Shown: positions 23,466-34,409 of the stretch, piece by piece
Position numbering within the stretch: position 1 is the first letter of the stretch
Layout: every line of letters starts with the position of its first letter
Source of the DNA: Kiritimatiellia bacterium
Lineage (GTDB): Bacteria > Verrucomicrobiota > Kiritimatiellia > CAIVKH01
NCBI GenBank assembly: GCA_027493775.1
Contig: JAOSKE010000003.1
Location: forward strand, 618,845-682,844
Length of the DNA: 64,000 nucleotides
Direction: 5' to 3'
Program-made: the position numbers and the translations under genes
Notes under the pieces: model-generated
What the model was told of the DNA's origin: nothing
The model's database searches: none
What the model saw: only the letters and a program-made list of their open reading frames with translations

Positions 23466-24683
23466 ATGACCGCGCATTGGCGCGAATCGGAGCCATATCG
23501 GTTACTATTCCCCGTCGGCATCCTACTCGCTCTCATCGGCGTCGGTCTCTGGCCGCTCTTTTTATTCAAGATAACGACCACCTACCCCATCGTCGCGCAT
23601 CCGCGTCTGATGATCGAAGGTTTCTCCGCCTGCTTCATCCTCGGATTCCTCGGCACCGCCCTGCCCGTGATGTTGAACACCAAGCGGTTTCATCATTGGC
23701 AAATGTTCCTCTGGGCAGGTGGAATCGCGGCAGCGGCAGTTTTTCATCTCATGCTCCGTACGATGATCGGTGACATTGTCTTTGCCTCAACCATCCTCTT
23801 CTTCCTGAGCTGCGTCGCTGTACGCTTCGTACAACGACAGGACCGCCCGCCGCCGGGTCTGGTCACCGTCCTGCTCGGCCTCGCCTGCGCCGTCACCGGC
23901 TCAACAATGCAAGCCATCTACCGACACGACCCTTCCATGGGTCCGGTATTTTACAATCTCAGCCGCCTGCTCCTAAATCAGGCGTTCCTGCTATTGCCTG
24001 TCTTAGGTATTGCAGCATTTATTCTTCCCGTGTTCGTCGGCTACCCCCGTCGCCAATCGCCACCGGAGATGAACCGAACGCCCCACGCATGGCTGCTCGA
24101 AATGTTTTGGATGCTCGGCTTCGGACTCCTCATCATCGGCAGTGTAGTCATCGAAGCATTCGGCTTCATTCGCGAAGGCAATCTGATGCGCGGTTTTGTC
24201 CTGCTCATCTTCCTAGCTCGAAACCTACCTGTATTCCTCAAACAAAAAAATCCTGGCGCAGTGCCGTGGCTCACACGACTTTCTCTCCTCACACTGCCCG
24301 TCGGCTTCCTCGTCATTGGATTCATTCCTAACACCCCAATGGCCGGACTGCACATCCTCTACATCAGCGGACTCGCGCTTCTGATTCTATCCGTCGCAAC
24401 GCGCGTCATCACCGCGCACGGCGGATTCCAAAAACTATTCTTCGCGAAATGGCCCTTGCTCTGGTGGATATTCGCCCTCATCACCGCCGCGATGATCACC
24501 CGCGTCTCTGCGGAGTGGATTGGAAAAAGCCGCGCACTCGAACACTACGCCTACGCCGGGATCACCTGGATCATCGCCATCGCAATCTGGTTCAGCGCAA
24601 TGATTCGATGCCTCCTCAACATCGAACTTGAACCCCCCGCCCACCAAATCCAGATCAAGGGGCAACCCAAGCAGGGCATCTAG
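23466..24683 (+). CDS. nnrS: NnrS family membrane protein (NO-response heme-copper protein)
   Basis: About 12 TM helices with conserved His residues. Genomic context with nirK/nsrR. Confidence 0.8.
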   Translation: MTAHWRESEPYRLLFPVGILLALIGVGLWPLFLFKITTTYPIVAHPRLMIEGFSACFILGFLGTALPVMLNTKRFHHWQMFLWAGGIAAAAVFHLMLRTMIGDIVFASTILFFLSCVAVRFVQRQDRPPPGLVTVLLGLACAVTGSTMQAIYRHDPSMGPVFYNLSRLLLNQAFLLLPVLGIAAFILPVFVGYPRRQSPPEMNRTPHAWLLEMFWMLGFGLLIIGSVVIEAFGFIREGNLMRGFVLLIFLARNLPVFLKQKNPGAVPWLTRLSLLTLPVGFLVIGFIPNTPMAGLHILYISGLALLILSVATRVITAHGGFQKLFFAKWPLLWWIFALITAAMITRVSAEWIGKSRALEHYAYAGITWIIAIAIWFSAMIRCLLNIELEPPAHQIQIKGQPKQGI

Positions 24684-24715
24684 GTTCGGGAAAAAAATAC
24701 CCCCAACCATGAAAA

Positions 24716-25286
24716 GGTAGGGCCCGACCGCTGGGCGGGCCGGAACGTTAACGACAAATCCAAACGCACCATAATTGGATTATTCCCCTTCGGTCGTGAC
24801 CGCTGCACCCCTGCGGCGCGCCCAGCGGTCACGCCCTACCAAACACAGTGAAATCGTGAAGCACACAACAACTCGCTTTCCGCGTCCGTCCGCGCATTTC
24901 CGTGGTTAAAACTCTTATTCTCGTCCTCTGTAGCCGCCCGCGTTGAGGGCGGTCTTACCCCCCCGCGGTCAACGCCCGCGGCTACAGAGAATAACTATCA
25001 ATTGTGATTTAGGTAGGGCCCGACCGCTGGGCGGGCCGGAACGTTAACGATAAATTCAAACGCATCTGAATTGCGTTATTTCCCTTCGGTTGCAACCCAC
25101 ACACCCCCTGCGGCGCGCCCAGCGGTCACGCCCTACCAAACACAGTGAAATCGTGAAGCACACAACAACTCGCTTTCCGCGTCCGTCCGCGCATTTCCGT
25201 GGTTAAAACCCTTATTCTCGTCCCTCTGTAGCCGCCCGCGTTGAGGGCGGTCTTACCCCCCCCGCGGTCAACGCCCGCGGCTACAG
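24716..25286. repeat. Mosaic hairpin repeat locus R2: two tandem units (~296 and ~275 bp)
   Basis: Unit boundaries at ggtagggcccgaccgctgggcgggcc (24716, 25012). Each unit has a 26-nt inverted-repeat pair spaced ~90 nt, the conserved core cacagtgaaatcgtgaagcacacaacaa...ccgtggttaaaac, and a 20+ bp hairpin ctgtagccgcccgcg...cgcggctacag. Confidence 0.9.
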
Positions 25287-25353
25287 GACAAACACCCGAC
25301 GCACATTCCCCCCTTGACCTGGCCCTACGCGAAACGAGTACAGTCACCCACCG

Positions 25354-27750
25354 ATGACCGCTCGCCTCCTCTCATTCTTTTTTACTCCTCGCCTTGGCGA
25401 TTCCAACTCGCGCCAGCGTCATCGAATCCTTCCGCTATCCCGACAACAAAGCCGTCGCCACTGCATGGCGGGCAATCGCAAATGCGCCTGCGCCGGAACG
25501 CGCTGCGGATGGGGTCCTCTTCCACCTGCCATTCGATGGCGAACGCGAGCGGGTGTATTGGGATAAAACGGTCAGTCTCGATCTCTCGCGCGATATATCC
25601 TTCTGAACTCGAACTCACCTGCGAGCGGCCCGAAGCAATCCGCACGCTGATGATCTATCTCAAAAGCGGTGACGGCTGGTACGTCTGGGGTAGGTCGCTA
25701 AAAACTGCGGGACGACAACGCATCTCTCTCGCGCGACAGGACTTCTCGGTTGAAGGGAAACCCGCAGGTTGGAATAAAATTGAAGCGATTCGCATTTCTC
25801 CCTGGCGCGGTGCTGCGGTGGCGACACGCCTCACCTTACACCGCTTCGAAACGCGCTCAGATCAATTGCTCATCATTCGCTCCGAAAATTCAGCACCAAA
25901 TGCAACGGAACGAAACGTCGCCTCGCGCGCAACGGATCGCGTAAGCCGCTGGCTTGAGGACGTCGGCATTCGCCACGCGATTCTTCCCGAATCGCAGCTC
26001 ACAGCAGACCGATTACGCGGCGTGAAACTGGTCATCCTCCCCTACAACGCCCGCCCCACCGCAGCGCAACTCGCGCTCTATCGCGCACACATCAACGCGG
26101 GTGGAAAATTGATCGTCTGTTTCAGCGACAGCACAGAACTCGCAAACTTAATGGGCATCTCACTCGGCGAGGTCGTTTCACACCGCGAGCCGGGGCGTTG
26201 GGCCGGTTTTGCATTTGGCGATAGCGATGCAAAAGCGCTCCACATTCCCCAACACGTGTACCAACAGGCCTGGGGCATCCGCATCGCACAACCGCAAAAA
26301 GGGCGCGGTCGCGTCCTCGCCCGTTGGATGGATGCGACAGGAAAGGCACAGCCGGAACCTGCGTGGATCGCAACGGATCGCGGCTATTGGATGACGCAAA
26401 TTTTGCTCGATGACGACCGCGCAGGAAAAGAACAGCTACTGCTCGGCCTCGTCGCCGCACTAGAGCCAGGCGCTTGGAGCAGCGCCGCACAATACGCAGC
26501 GGCAAATGTCGGCAAAATTGACGGTTTCGCGAATTTTGTATCGGCAATAAACGGAATCCGAAGCCTCGCCGCCGGACACCCCGAGCGCGATGGAATAGAA
26601 ACCCTCCTCGCTCAAGCAGAGCGCGCACACCAAACGATGCTCACGGCGCTCGCGAAAAGCGATGCGGCGACCGCGCTCAACAGCGCACGAACAGCGCACG
26701 ACCAACTCACTCGCGCCTACAGCCGCGCACAACGCGCACCGGCGAAAGAGGTGCGCGGGGTGTGGGATCACGATGGCGTCGGCTGGTACCCCGGCGACTG
26801 GGATCGCACAGCACGCGATCTCAAGGCCGCCGGAATCAACACACTCTTCGTCAACACGCTTTGGGCCGGGCTCGCACACTATCCAAGTAAAATTGTTCCC
26901 GAATCACACACGTACCGCAAATTTGGGGATCAAATGAAAGCCGCGAGCGCGGCAGCGCGAAAGTATGGACTGGAAATTCACGCGTGGGTCGTCTTGTGGC
27001 AGATCAACAATGCGCCGCCGGAGTTTCAAGCGCAGATGCGCAAGGAAGGACGACTGCAACAAGCCGCCGACGGCACAAAACTCACCTGGCTCAACCCCGT
27101 CCTCGAAGCGAATCAACGTTACATGCTCTCCGCAATCGAAGAACTTGCGCGAAATTACGACCTCGACGGCATCCACCTCGACTACGTGCGCTATCCGGAC
27201 GCAAACGCCGACTTCTCGCCCGCCACCCGCGCCGCTTTCGGAACGCTCACTCGGTCGCGCATCCGGCGCATGGCCCGCCTCAGTGCGCAACGGCGGAGCG
27301 AACCAGGATCGCTTCCGCACATGGCGCGCAGGAGTCATCACGGATTTTGTGAAGGCAACGCGACGCAGCCTGAAGCAAATCAAACCGGACCTAAAACTCT
27401 CCGCCGCAGTCTGGGGCGGCTATCCCGATACCATCGCCTCTATCGGACAGGACTGGGGCGCGTGGCTCCGCGATGGGCAGTTCGATTTTGTGTGCCCCAT
27501 GAACTACGCCGATGACACGTACAAATTTTCCGCGCTAACGCAAAAACAGGTCACCCTGCCCGGGGCCAAAAATCGGATTATCCCCGGTATAGGCGTAACC
27601 GCCGCAGAAAGCCAACTCAGCGCAGATAAAGTCATCGAACAAATCGCCATCGCCCGTCGTCTCGGCACCCCCGGCTTCGCCCTCTATAAATTGAGTCAAA
27701 CCCTGCGCGAAGAGACGCTGCCGATATTAAGCGAAGGCACGACGAAATAA
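25354..27750 (+). CDS. Secreted glycoside-hydrolase-like family 10 (GHL10/DUF187-type) protein, interrupted by 3 indels (T6 run 25378-25383; near 25600; near 27245)
   Basis: The signal peptide MTARLLSFF|LLLALAIPTRASV is reconstructed across the T-run. GHL10 motifs GIHLDYVRYP and FDFVCPMNYADD. The C-terminal ORF 26965-27750 continues the protein. Confidence 0.6.
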
Positions 27751-27856
27751 AGCCGCTCGGCAAAAACAGTCGTTTGCCCAAAATGCTTTCAATCCGCCGC
27801 CGCGCTTCGTATGCTCTCGACGACTTTAACGATTTCCTTTGATTTAGGAGACCCGC

Positions 27857-28591
27857 GTGGCAACGCAACGAAAAACTAAACCGGCTTACCGCCGAATCAT
27901 GCTCAAGCTCAGCGGCGAGGCATTTCACAACAACAAGACCGGCGAGAGCCTCGACCCCGAGATTCTTAAGACGGTTGCGCTCCAGATTAAGAAAGTACGC
28001 GCACTCGGTGTACAAGTTGCCGTCGTTATCGGCGGCGGCAATATCTTCCGTGGCATCACCGCGCAAAAATGCGGTGTGGACCGCACCACCGGCGATTATA
28101 TGGGAATGCTCGCGACGGTCATTAACTCCCTCGCGCTTCAATCCACCCTCGAGTCGAACGGCGTTCAGACTCGCGTCCTCACCGCGATCAATATGCCCGC
28201 CGTTGCGGAACCGATGATCCGCCGTCGCGCGATGCGACACCTCGAAAAAAATCGCGTCGTAATTTTCGCCGCCGGCACCGGCAACCCCTACTTTTCAACC
28301 GACAGCGCCGCTGCCCTGCGCGCCAGCGAAATCGGCGCGGATGTCGTGCTCAAGGCGACCAAGGTGGACGGCATTTATACCGCAGACCCCAACAAGGATC
28401 CGAAAGCCAAGCGATACACCAAACTCACCTACCTTGAGGCCCTCACCCAGCAGCTCAAGGTGATGGACGCCGCCGCATTTTCGCTGTGTCAGGAAAACAA
28501 AATTCCAATTCTTGTATTCAACTTCTTCGAGAAAAACGAAATCCTGCGCGCCGTCACCGGGAAGACGGTTGGCACGCTAGTAACGGAGTAA
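27857..28591 (+). CDS. pyrH: UMP kinase
   Basis: Full-length match to PyrH ([29 protein letters not shown]). Confidence 0.95.
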   Translation: MATQRKTKPAYRRIMLKLSGEAFHNNKTGESLDPEILKTVALQIKKVRALGVQVAVVIGGGNIFRGITAQKCGVDRTTGDYMGMLATVINSLALQSTLESNGVQTRVLTAINMPAVAEPMIRRRAMRHLEKNRVVIFAAGTGNPYFSTDSAAALRASEIGADVVLKATKVDGIYTADPNKDPKAKRYTKLTYLEALTQQLKVMDAAAFSLCQENKIPILVFNFFEKNEILRAVTGKTVGTLVTE

Positions 28592-28595
28592 AAGT

Positions 28596-29159
28596 ATGGA
28601 AACGATTGATGAAATTCTATTGGACGCTGAAGACAAGATGGACAAAGCCATCGCGCGCTTGCAGCAGGACTTCGCCGGCCTACGCACAGGCAAAGCCTCC
28701 CCCGCCCTGGTTGAAAACATCGGCGTGGAATACTACGGCGCGACCACTCGACTGAAAGAGCTCGCCGGCATCGCCACTCCCGAACCGCGCCTGATCGTCA
28801 TCACGCCCTTCGATCCCACCTCGCGCGACGCCATCTGCCGCGCCATCCTCGCCTCGAACATCGGACTCACCCCCGTTGACGATGGTCGCGTCATTCGCGT
28901 CCCGATTCCCGAGTTGAGCGAAGAGCGCCGCAAAGACCTCGTCAAAGTTGCCAAACGCAACGCTGAAGACGCCCGTATCGCAATCCGCGGCAACCGCCGC
29001 GATGCCAATGAACTCGTCAAAGGCCTGAAAAAAGCCTCCAAGATCGGCGAAGACGAAGAAAAACGCGGTATTGATGAAGTCCAAAAACTCACGGACGGCT
29101 ACATCAAAAAAATAGACAACCTCGTCGCCGCGAAAGAAAAAGACATCTTGGAAGTCTGA
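28596..29159 (+). CDS. frr: Ribosome recycling factor
   Basis: Canonical Frr sequence. The pyrH-frr gene order is conserved. Confidence 0.95.
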   Translation: METIDEILLDAEDKMDKAIARLQQDFAGLRTGKASPALVENIGVEYYGATTRLKELAGIATPEPRLIVITPFDPTSRDAICRAILASNIGLTPVDDGRVIRVPIPELSEERRKDLVKVAKRNAEDARIAIRGNRRDANELVKGLKKASKIGEDEEKRGIDEVQKLTDGYIKKIDNLVAAKEKDILEV

Positions 29160-29306
29160 CGATTCGCACAGCGCATGGCGCCGGAGAAAAGGCAGAAGGC
29201 CGGAACCTGAAACCTGAAAGACGGCTTGGTTAACACGCCCGCGTGTTTACTGAACGTGGCAGCGGACGTTTAAGAATTCATGCCCATTCGCGACAATCCC
29301 GCTGAA

Positions 29307-29345
29307 GCAGGACAAGTTCGCGCAATTCCTGCTGGATTTTTGATT
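29307..29345 (+). terminator. Possible rho-independent terminator after frr
   Basis: Stem gcagga/tcctgc (6-7 bp) with a 14-nt loop, followed by ggattttt. Weak. Confidence 0.3.
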
Positions 29346-29381
29346 GCGCAACTCAAAGAATGGACAGCGCGCGCCCTCGCC

Positions 29382-31094
29382 CTACTGCTGCTTCTGCAAC
29401 AAGGCGCCGGGGGCGAGGTCGCCCAGGGTCGCTTTGTCTAGGTCGGTCCAGAAGGTGCCGGGGCCAGCGTGGAGGATGTTGATCTTCAAATCTTTGTTCA
29501 AGTTGTCCGCAAATTGCCATAGCGCGTAAGAAGTGGGGTCGTTAAATGCGCGGGCTTTTAGCTCCAAGCCCTTCGCCTTCTCGCCTTCTACCAGCGTCGT
29601 GATCTTCGCCTGGGCCTCGCCAAGAGTCCGCGTTTTTTCCGCGAGAACATCGGCGGTGCTTTTTCCTATTTCAGCAACAGTGCGCGCGGCTTCAGCTTGG
29701 ATTTCCGCGACGGTTTTTTCTTTGTCGGCATTAATCTGCGCCTTGATTCGCTCGGTCTCCTGCGCAACGACGCCGCGATTCTGATCAATCAAGCTCAACT
29801 GAATATTCAACTCGGACTGCCGCTTGGCCGTATTCTGCTTCTCTTTGTTCGTCAAATCCTGCTCGACGGCAATGCTGGCCTGCTGAATTGGATCAAGAAT
29901 TTGCATCGGCACGTTCACATGGCTGATGAGAGCGTTGTGTATGACGATGTTCTTCTCAGCGAGAATCTTGGCCAGTGCGTCGGTTAGCTCGTTCTGAAAT
30001 TTCTCACGGCCCTCGCCGACAATGAAATCCTTCGCGCGATACGCGGAGCCTTTCAAACGCGAAACGGAAAGAATCTGCGGCATCAAAATTTTATCCACGA
30101 CCGCGGGCAAATCGCCGTAGCTCTGGAAAATCCACGCAATATTCCCAGGAACCAGCTCGAATTCCACCGTCATATCCAAGCTGATGTTGAACCCATCGCG
30201 CGAGGGGAACTCAACCAACTGACCCAAACTCAACACCGCCTCCGAAATACTTGGCTGCGCCGGATACACGCCCGCCCGCGCTGCGGCTGGCGCGACTTCA
30301 TCCAGACCCCAATCGCCGGACACATCGCGCTTTCGGCTTCCTTCCTCCCGGGCGCGGTCGGCGAGATAGCCAAGACGCTGTTCCTTCTGTTCTTCCAATG
30401 CGGCGGCCTGCAATACATCCATCGCCTTGTTCTGCGACTGAATCTGCCGCTTCATAATCACCTCGCCGCCGCTCTTTCCGAGGAGAGAGACCTGATTCAA
30501 TCCGATTTCAACGACGTCAACCTTCATCTCCTTCGGATTCACGTAATAAAGCCCCGGCTGAAGAATGGCCTTCCGAACACCTTTTTGATTCGGAGCCGCG
30601 AACCTTCCTTCCGGTGCCTGCTCGCCGGAGAGTCCGGTCATAACGCCGACGTAACCGATCGGAACGCTGATCGCGTCAACGATATCAATCTGATAGCCGT
30701 AGGGATTCAACCGGTACTTGCCGGGGCCGAGCGCACCGCGCCAAATGCCCTTCTGTCCGCGCTCTGCAATGAACTCGCCTTCGGGCAGATTTGCGCCGAC
30801 CTTCGCCGTGACAATGCCGACCTTGCCAGGCGGGATGATTGTCACCGGCTTAATCTCCACTCGGTAGTAGTACGGATTCAGAAAATAGCGGCCCTCGCCG
30901 AGAACTTCCTCGCGAATACCCTGCTGCCCTTCCTTCGCAAGAATTTGATCGGGCGGCAGCGCCTCGCCCTTGTTCGCGCGGACAACCGCCATCTCGTCAG
31001 GGTTCACATAGAATCGGCAAAAGCCCCATTCCCAAATAAACCAAGCGAGACCGACAACAAGGAGAGGCATCAAAATGACGGAAAACTTTTTCAT
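29382..31094 (-). CDS. SPFH/band-7 (flotillin-like) domain protein with N-terminal TM anchor and long coiled-coil
   Basis: The N-terminal TM is followed by repeated beta-rich modules, an SPFH domain, and an Ala/Glu/Lys-rich coiled coil (AEIQAEAARTVAEIGK...). Confidence 0.8.
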   Translation of the reverse strand: MKKFSVILMPLLVVGLAWFIWEWGFCRFYVNPDEMAVVRANKGEALPPDQILAKEGQQGIREEVLGEGRYFLNPYYYRVEIKPVTIIPPGKVGIVTAKVGANLPEGEFIAERGQKGIWRGALGPGKYRLNPYGYQIDIVDAISVPIGYVGVMTGLSGEQAPEGRFAAPNQKGVRKAILQPGLYYVNPKEMKVDVVEIGLNQVSLLGKSGGEVIMKRQIQSQNKAMDVLQAAALEEQKEQRLGYLADRAREEGSRKRDVSGDWGLDEVAPAAARAGVYPAQPSISEAVLSLGQLVEFPSRDGFNISLDMTVEFELVPGNIAWIFQSYGDLPAVVDKILMPQILSVSRLKGSAYRAKDFIVGEGREKFQNELTDALAKILAEKNIVIHNALISHVNVPMQILDPIQQASIAVEQDLTNKEKQNTAKRQSELNIQLSLIDQNRGVVAQETERIKAQINADKEKTVAEIQAEAARTVAEIGKSTADVLAEKTRTLGEAQAKITTLVEGEKAKGLELKARAFNDPTSYALWQFADNLNKDLKINILHAGPGTFWTDLDKATLGDLAPGALLQKQQ

Positions 31095-32630
31095 TATTTG
31101 CCTCCATCCGCAGCGGGGTTGAACGGCTTGAAAATACCACCAAGCCCGGAAGCATCATCACTGCTCAGTACCGTTTCGATTTGCGGCGCGATCTTCTCGT
31201 AAAAAACGTAACGCGCATAATTCTGCCCCGTCCCAAACGCCTGCACGCGACTCCGAATTACCGCCGCCTCGGCCTCATTGTTCAGCTTGATCACATCGCG
31301 ATCGGCACTCGCTCTGGACAACAGCGCCGCCGCCTGCGACTTCGCGGCCTCCGCTCCAAGTTTAGCCACCTCAAGTTCGCGATTCGCCGCGATGACCTGG
31401 ACGTCCTGCCCCTGCTGGGCAAGAAGCACGGCGCGCTTCTGGACCCGTCTCCGCGTCAACCCGTTCCTTGCTCTGCTGCGCAAGCATCTCCTGTTTCACC
31501 AACTCGGCCTGAGACTTCGCCTGCTCCGTCTGCTGGTCGAGTTTAATTGCATTTTGCACCGCAACCTCGCGGTCGCGGATGATACTCGCGATTTGATCGG
31601 GCGTCTGAATATTGCGGATCAATACCGAACGAATCGCCACGCCCCAATCCGCGCTCTTATCCTTCAAATGCGCCTCCAGACTATTCTGAAACTGCTGACG
31701 CGTTTCGCCCACAATAAAGTTAATCGCCGGATGCTTGCTGCCTTCGATACGACTGAACCCGCGAGCGCGCGGAAGAATGACCTTCTTGACCACATCCCCC
31801 ATATCGCCGACGCGATGCGTGATAAGCGCCGCGTTATCGCGCGTAATAGCAAATTCGAGCGTACCCTCGACGAGCACGGTGAACCCGTCCATGGTCAGGA
31901 AGCTGATCGCGTCATCGCCACTGAGTTCGAAACGCTGACTTTGCAACGTCACCTCTGCGACACTCACAATGTACGGATTGAGGTAGTACGTGCCCGGATC
32001 GAGTGTTCCGCTGATCACCCCTTTCATATTCTCGCCCACCAAAAAGGTATTCGTGGCGTCCGCCGGCAAATCGCCGTTCAGAACGTCCCCACCCGTCAGA
32101 TGTGTAACCACCCCCACGCTACCCGGCTTGATCGTAATCGCATCGAACAGATCAACGCGATACGCATAAGGATTAACGCGATGTTTGCCCGGCCTTAAAA
32201 CCTCTTCGAGGATGCCCTTAAATCCCTCGGGCGCGAGAATCTCGCCCGGCGGCAAATCCTTTCCGTACAACCGCGTCAGCACGCCCAGTTTGCCTGCGGG
32301 AATATCCGTAATTTTTGAAATGTGCCAACCCCACGTGTACGGATTTTTGAAATAGCGTCCCTCCGCAAGCACCTCGAGTTGAATTCCTCGCTGACTCGGC
32401 TCCGTCGCAATAATCTCGCCCGACGGCAACGTATCGCCCGTTTTATGAATTAAAATTGCGATTTGATCCGACCGCGGCTCAATCCGGCAATAAAACCAGA
32501 AAAAGATCGGCAGAAACAGAAACAGCGCGATCACAATCACCGGCATCAGCGCGCCCCCCTGAAACACCCCCACCCCGCGAGCGCTCCGAGGCGGCAACTG
32601 CGGAGGCATATTTTGTTGGCCAACAGTCAT
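31094..32630 (-). CDS. SPFH/band-7 domain protein, paralog of the downstream gene. Frameshift near 31450.
   Basis: Same architecture as 29382-31094. Its stop overlaps the downstream start (TAATG). RBS ggaggg before ATG 32630. The C-terminal 129-aa ORF continues the coiled coil. Confidence 0.75.
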
Positions 32631-32928
32631 AAAACCCTCCCGTACAACCAATGCTCAAGTTCCGGCAAGTTTGATATTTTTTACCCCATCAATCAATGCG
32701 AAACAAAGCCCCCTCACAGCGCTTCTCCCCAAAACTTCCAACTCCTGGAAACCCATCCCAAAACTACTTCCAAGGCTTGGAAACATACGTGGCCCACGGT
32801 CGGTACTTGTTTATTTAAGAACCGAGAGAGCGCGCACACGACGCCCCGCTCTTCTCGACGCGCCCGTGAAGGGCGCGAAGATCACGTTCCGACACCGGAC
32901 CCTTCTTGCTCGAATCAATCTCGTTTAT

Positions 32929-33528
32929 TTACACCATATGAGCGCGAATGAAATTGCCGAGCGTAATGCGGTGAACTTTCAGATGGCGAGCAGCACGGGT
33001 ATAGGAGAACCCTCGCTTGAGTAGACGAGCGATTTCCTCCTCCCGACCAGTAAGTTTTACACGAGCACTTTTGCGTCCTTTGGGACGGCCGAGCGTCACA
33101 CCCTCTGCGCGTCTACGGGCAAGAGCCTCTTTAGTTCGTTGGGAAACAAGGTTGCGTTCGATTTCTGCCGTGAGCGCGAACGCGAATGCCAAGACTTTGC
33201 TACTGATATCAGCCCCAAGGCGATAGTTATCCTTGATGGTCCAAACCTGTACCTCTCGTTTTAGGCACTGGTTAAGGATATCCATAATCATTAAAAGCGA
33301 GCGTCCAAGTCGAGATAGTTCGGCGCAAATTAAGACATCGCCCTTTTGCAAACTCGCCAGAAGTTTGCCGAGTTTGCGTTTTTCTGGTTCCTTGCTGCCG
33401 GAAATAGTCTCCTCAAGCCAAATACCCACAGCGATGTTTTGCCGGTTACAGAAGCAATTAATTTCGTAGCGCTGGTTTTCAACGGTCTGTTTATCGGTAC
33501 TCACACGGATATAGCCATAAACCATCAT
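32929..33528 (-). CDS. Serine recombinase, resolvase/invertase family (DNA invertase)
   Basis: N-terminal catalytic domain YIRVSTDKQ with a Ser nucleophile. C-terminal HTH. 199 aa, typical of Hin/Gin/Pin invertases. Confidence 0.9.
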   Translation of the reverse strand: MMVYGYIRVSTDKQTVENQRYEINCFCNRQNIAVGIWLEETISGSKEPEKRKLGKLLASLQKGDVLICAELSRLGRSLLMIMDILNQCLKREVQVWTIKDNYRLGADISSKVLAFAFALTAEIERNLVSQRTKEALARRRAEGVTLGRPKGRKSARVKLTGREEEIARLLKRGFSYTRAARHLKVHRITLGNFIRAHMV

Positions 33529-33582
33529 GCTGCTCCTTTAATTATTTAAGTGAACAGCAAGATAGTGCAGTTTAGCAAAAAG

Positions 33583-33606
33583 GAGCCTTTTTGTTCGACA
33601 GAATGC
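33583..33606. repeat. Inverted repeat IR-1, left copy: 24 bp, perfect match to 35383-35406 on the opposite strand
   Basis: gagcctttttgttcgacagaatgc versus the reverse complement of gcattctgtcgaacaaaaaggctc. Confidence 0.9.
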
Positions 33607-33839
33607 TATCACTTGCACCTTCCCCGCCGATGGTTCCAGCTGGACTATCCTAAACCCCATCGAGCTGAGCATTAAACGCAAGATCGACATGATCGGCATC
33701 CCGCTGAAAGATTGGGATATCTCCATTAACTACGGCATTAAAACAGGCTTCAACGATGCCTTCATCATCGACGAGGCCAAGCGCAATGAAATCCTCGCTG
33801 GCTGCAAGACCGACGACGAGCGCAAGCGCACTGTCGAAC

Positions 33840-33894
33840 TAATACGACCCATTCTTCGCGGCCGGGACATCAAACGGTACGCGTATAGTTGGGC
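33840..33894. repeat. Inverted repeat IR-2, left copy: 55 bp, 5 mismatches versus 35095-35149
   Basis: taatacgacccattcttcgcggccgggacatcaaacggtacgcgtatagttgggc versus the reverse complement of 35095-35149. Encodes LIRPILRGRDIKRYAYSWA in both cassettes. Confidence 0.9.
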
Positions 33895-34409
33895 GGGGCT
33901 ATATCTCATCGCCACGCATAATGGAATTCCCGAAAAAGGCATTCCGAGGGTCGAAATCACAAAATACCCAGCCGTTAAGAAACACCTCGATTTCCATTGG
34001 CCCAAGATCAAAGCCAGAGCCGATCAAGGAGACACCCCTTATAATCTTCGTAGCTGCGCTTATATGGACGATTTTTCTAAACCGAAAATCGTGTGGGGAA
34101 ATTTGGCTTTGGCGGCACAGTTCTCAGCGGCACCCGCTGGCATGTTCATTAATGCGCCGTGTCCGATGATTGTCCCGTTTGACGGATATTTGCTTGCCAT
34201 CCTCAATTCAAAACTTGGCGATTGGTATATCCGACATCTAGGCGTAACACGCAACGGAGGCTATTTCGAATACAAACCGATGTTCATTGAACAACTGCCC
34301 GTTCCAGAAACGCAATCAAATACTGCCGAAAGGCTCTCGATATTAGCCAAAGATCCTACTGTAGAGGGCCAAGCCGAAATCGATCAGATCGTATTTGAAC
34401 TTTTCCACC

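Noticed and set aside
24716-25286. CRISPR array interpretation of the tandem repeats
   Set aside because: Units are 240-300 bp with internal hairpins, not 25-40-bp repeats with unique spacers. No cas genes in the window.
27632-28240. 202-aa minus-strand ORF
   Set aside because: Antisense to pyrH.
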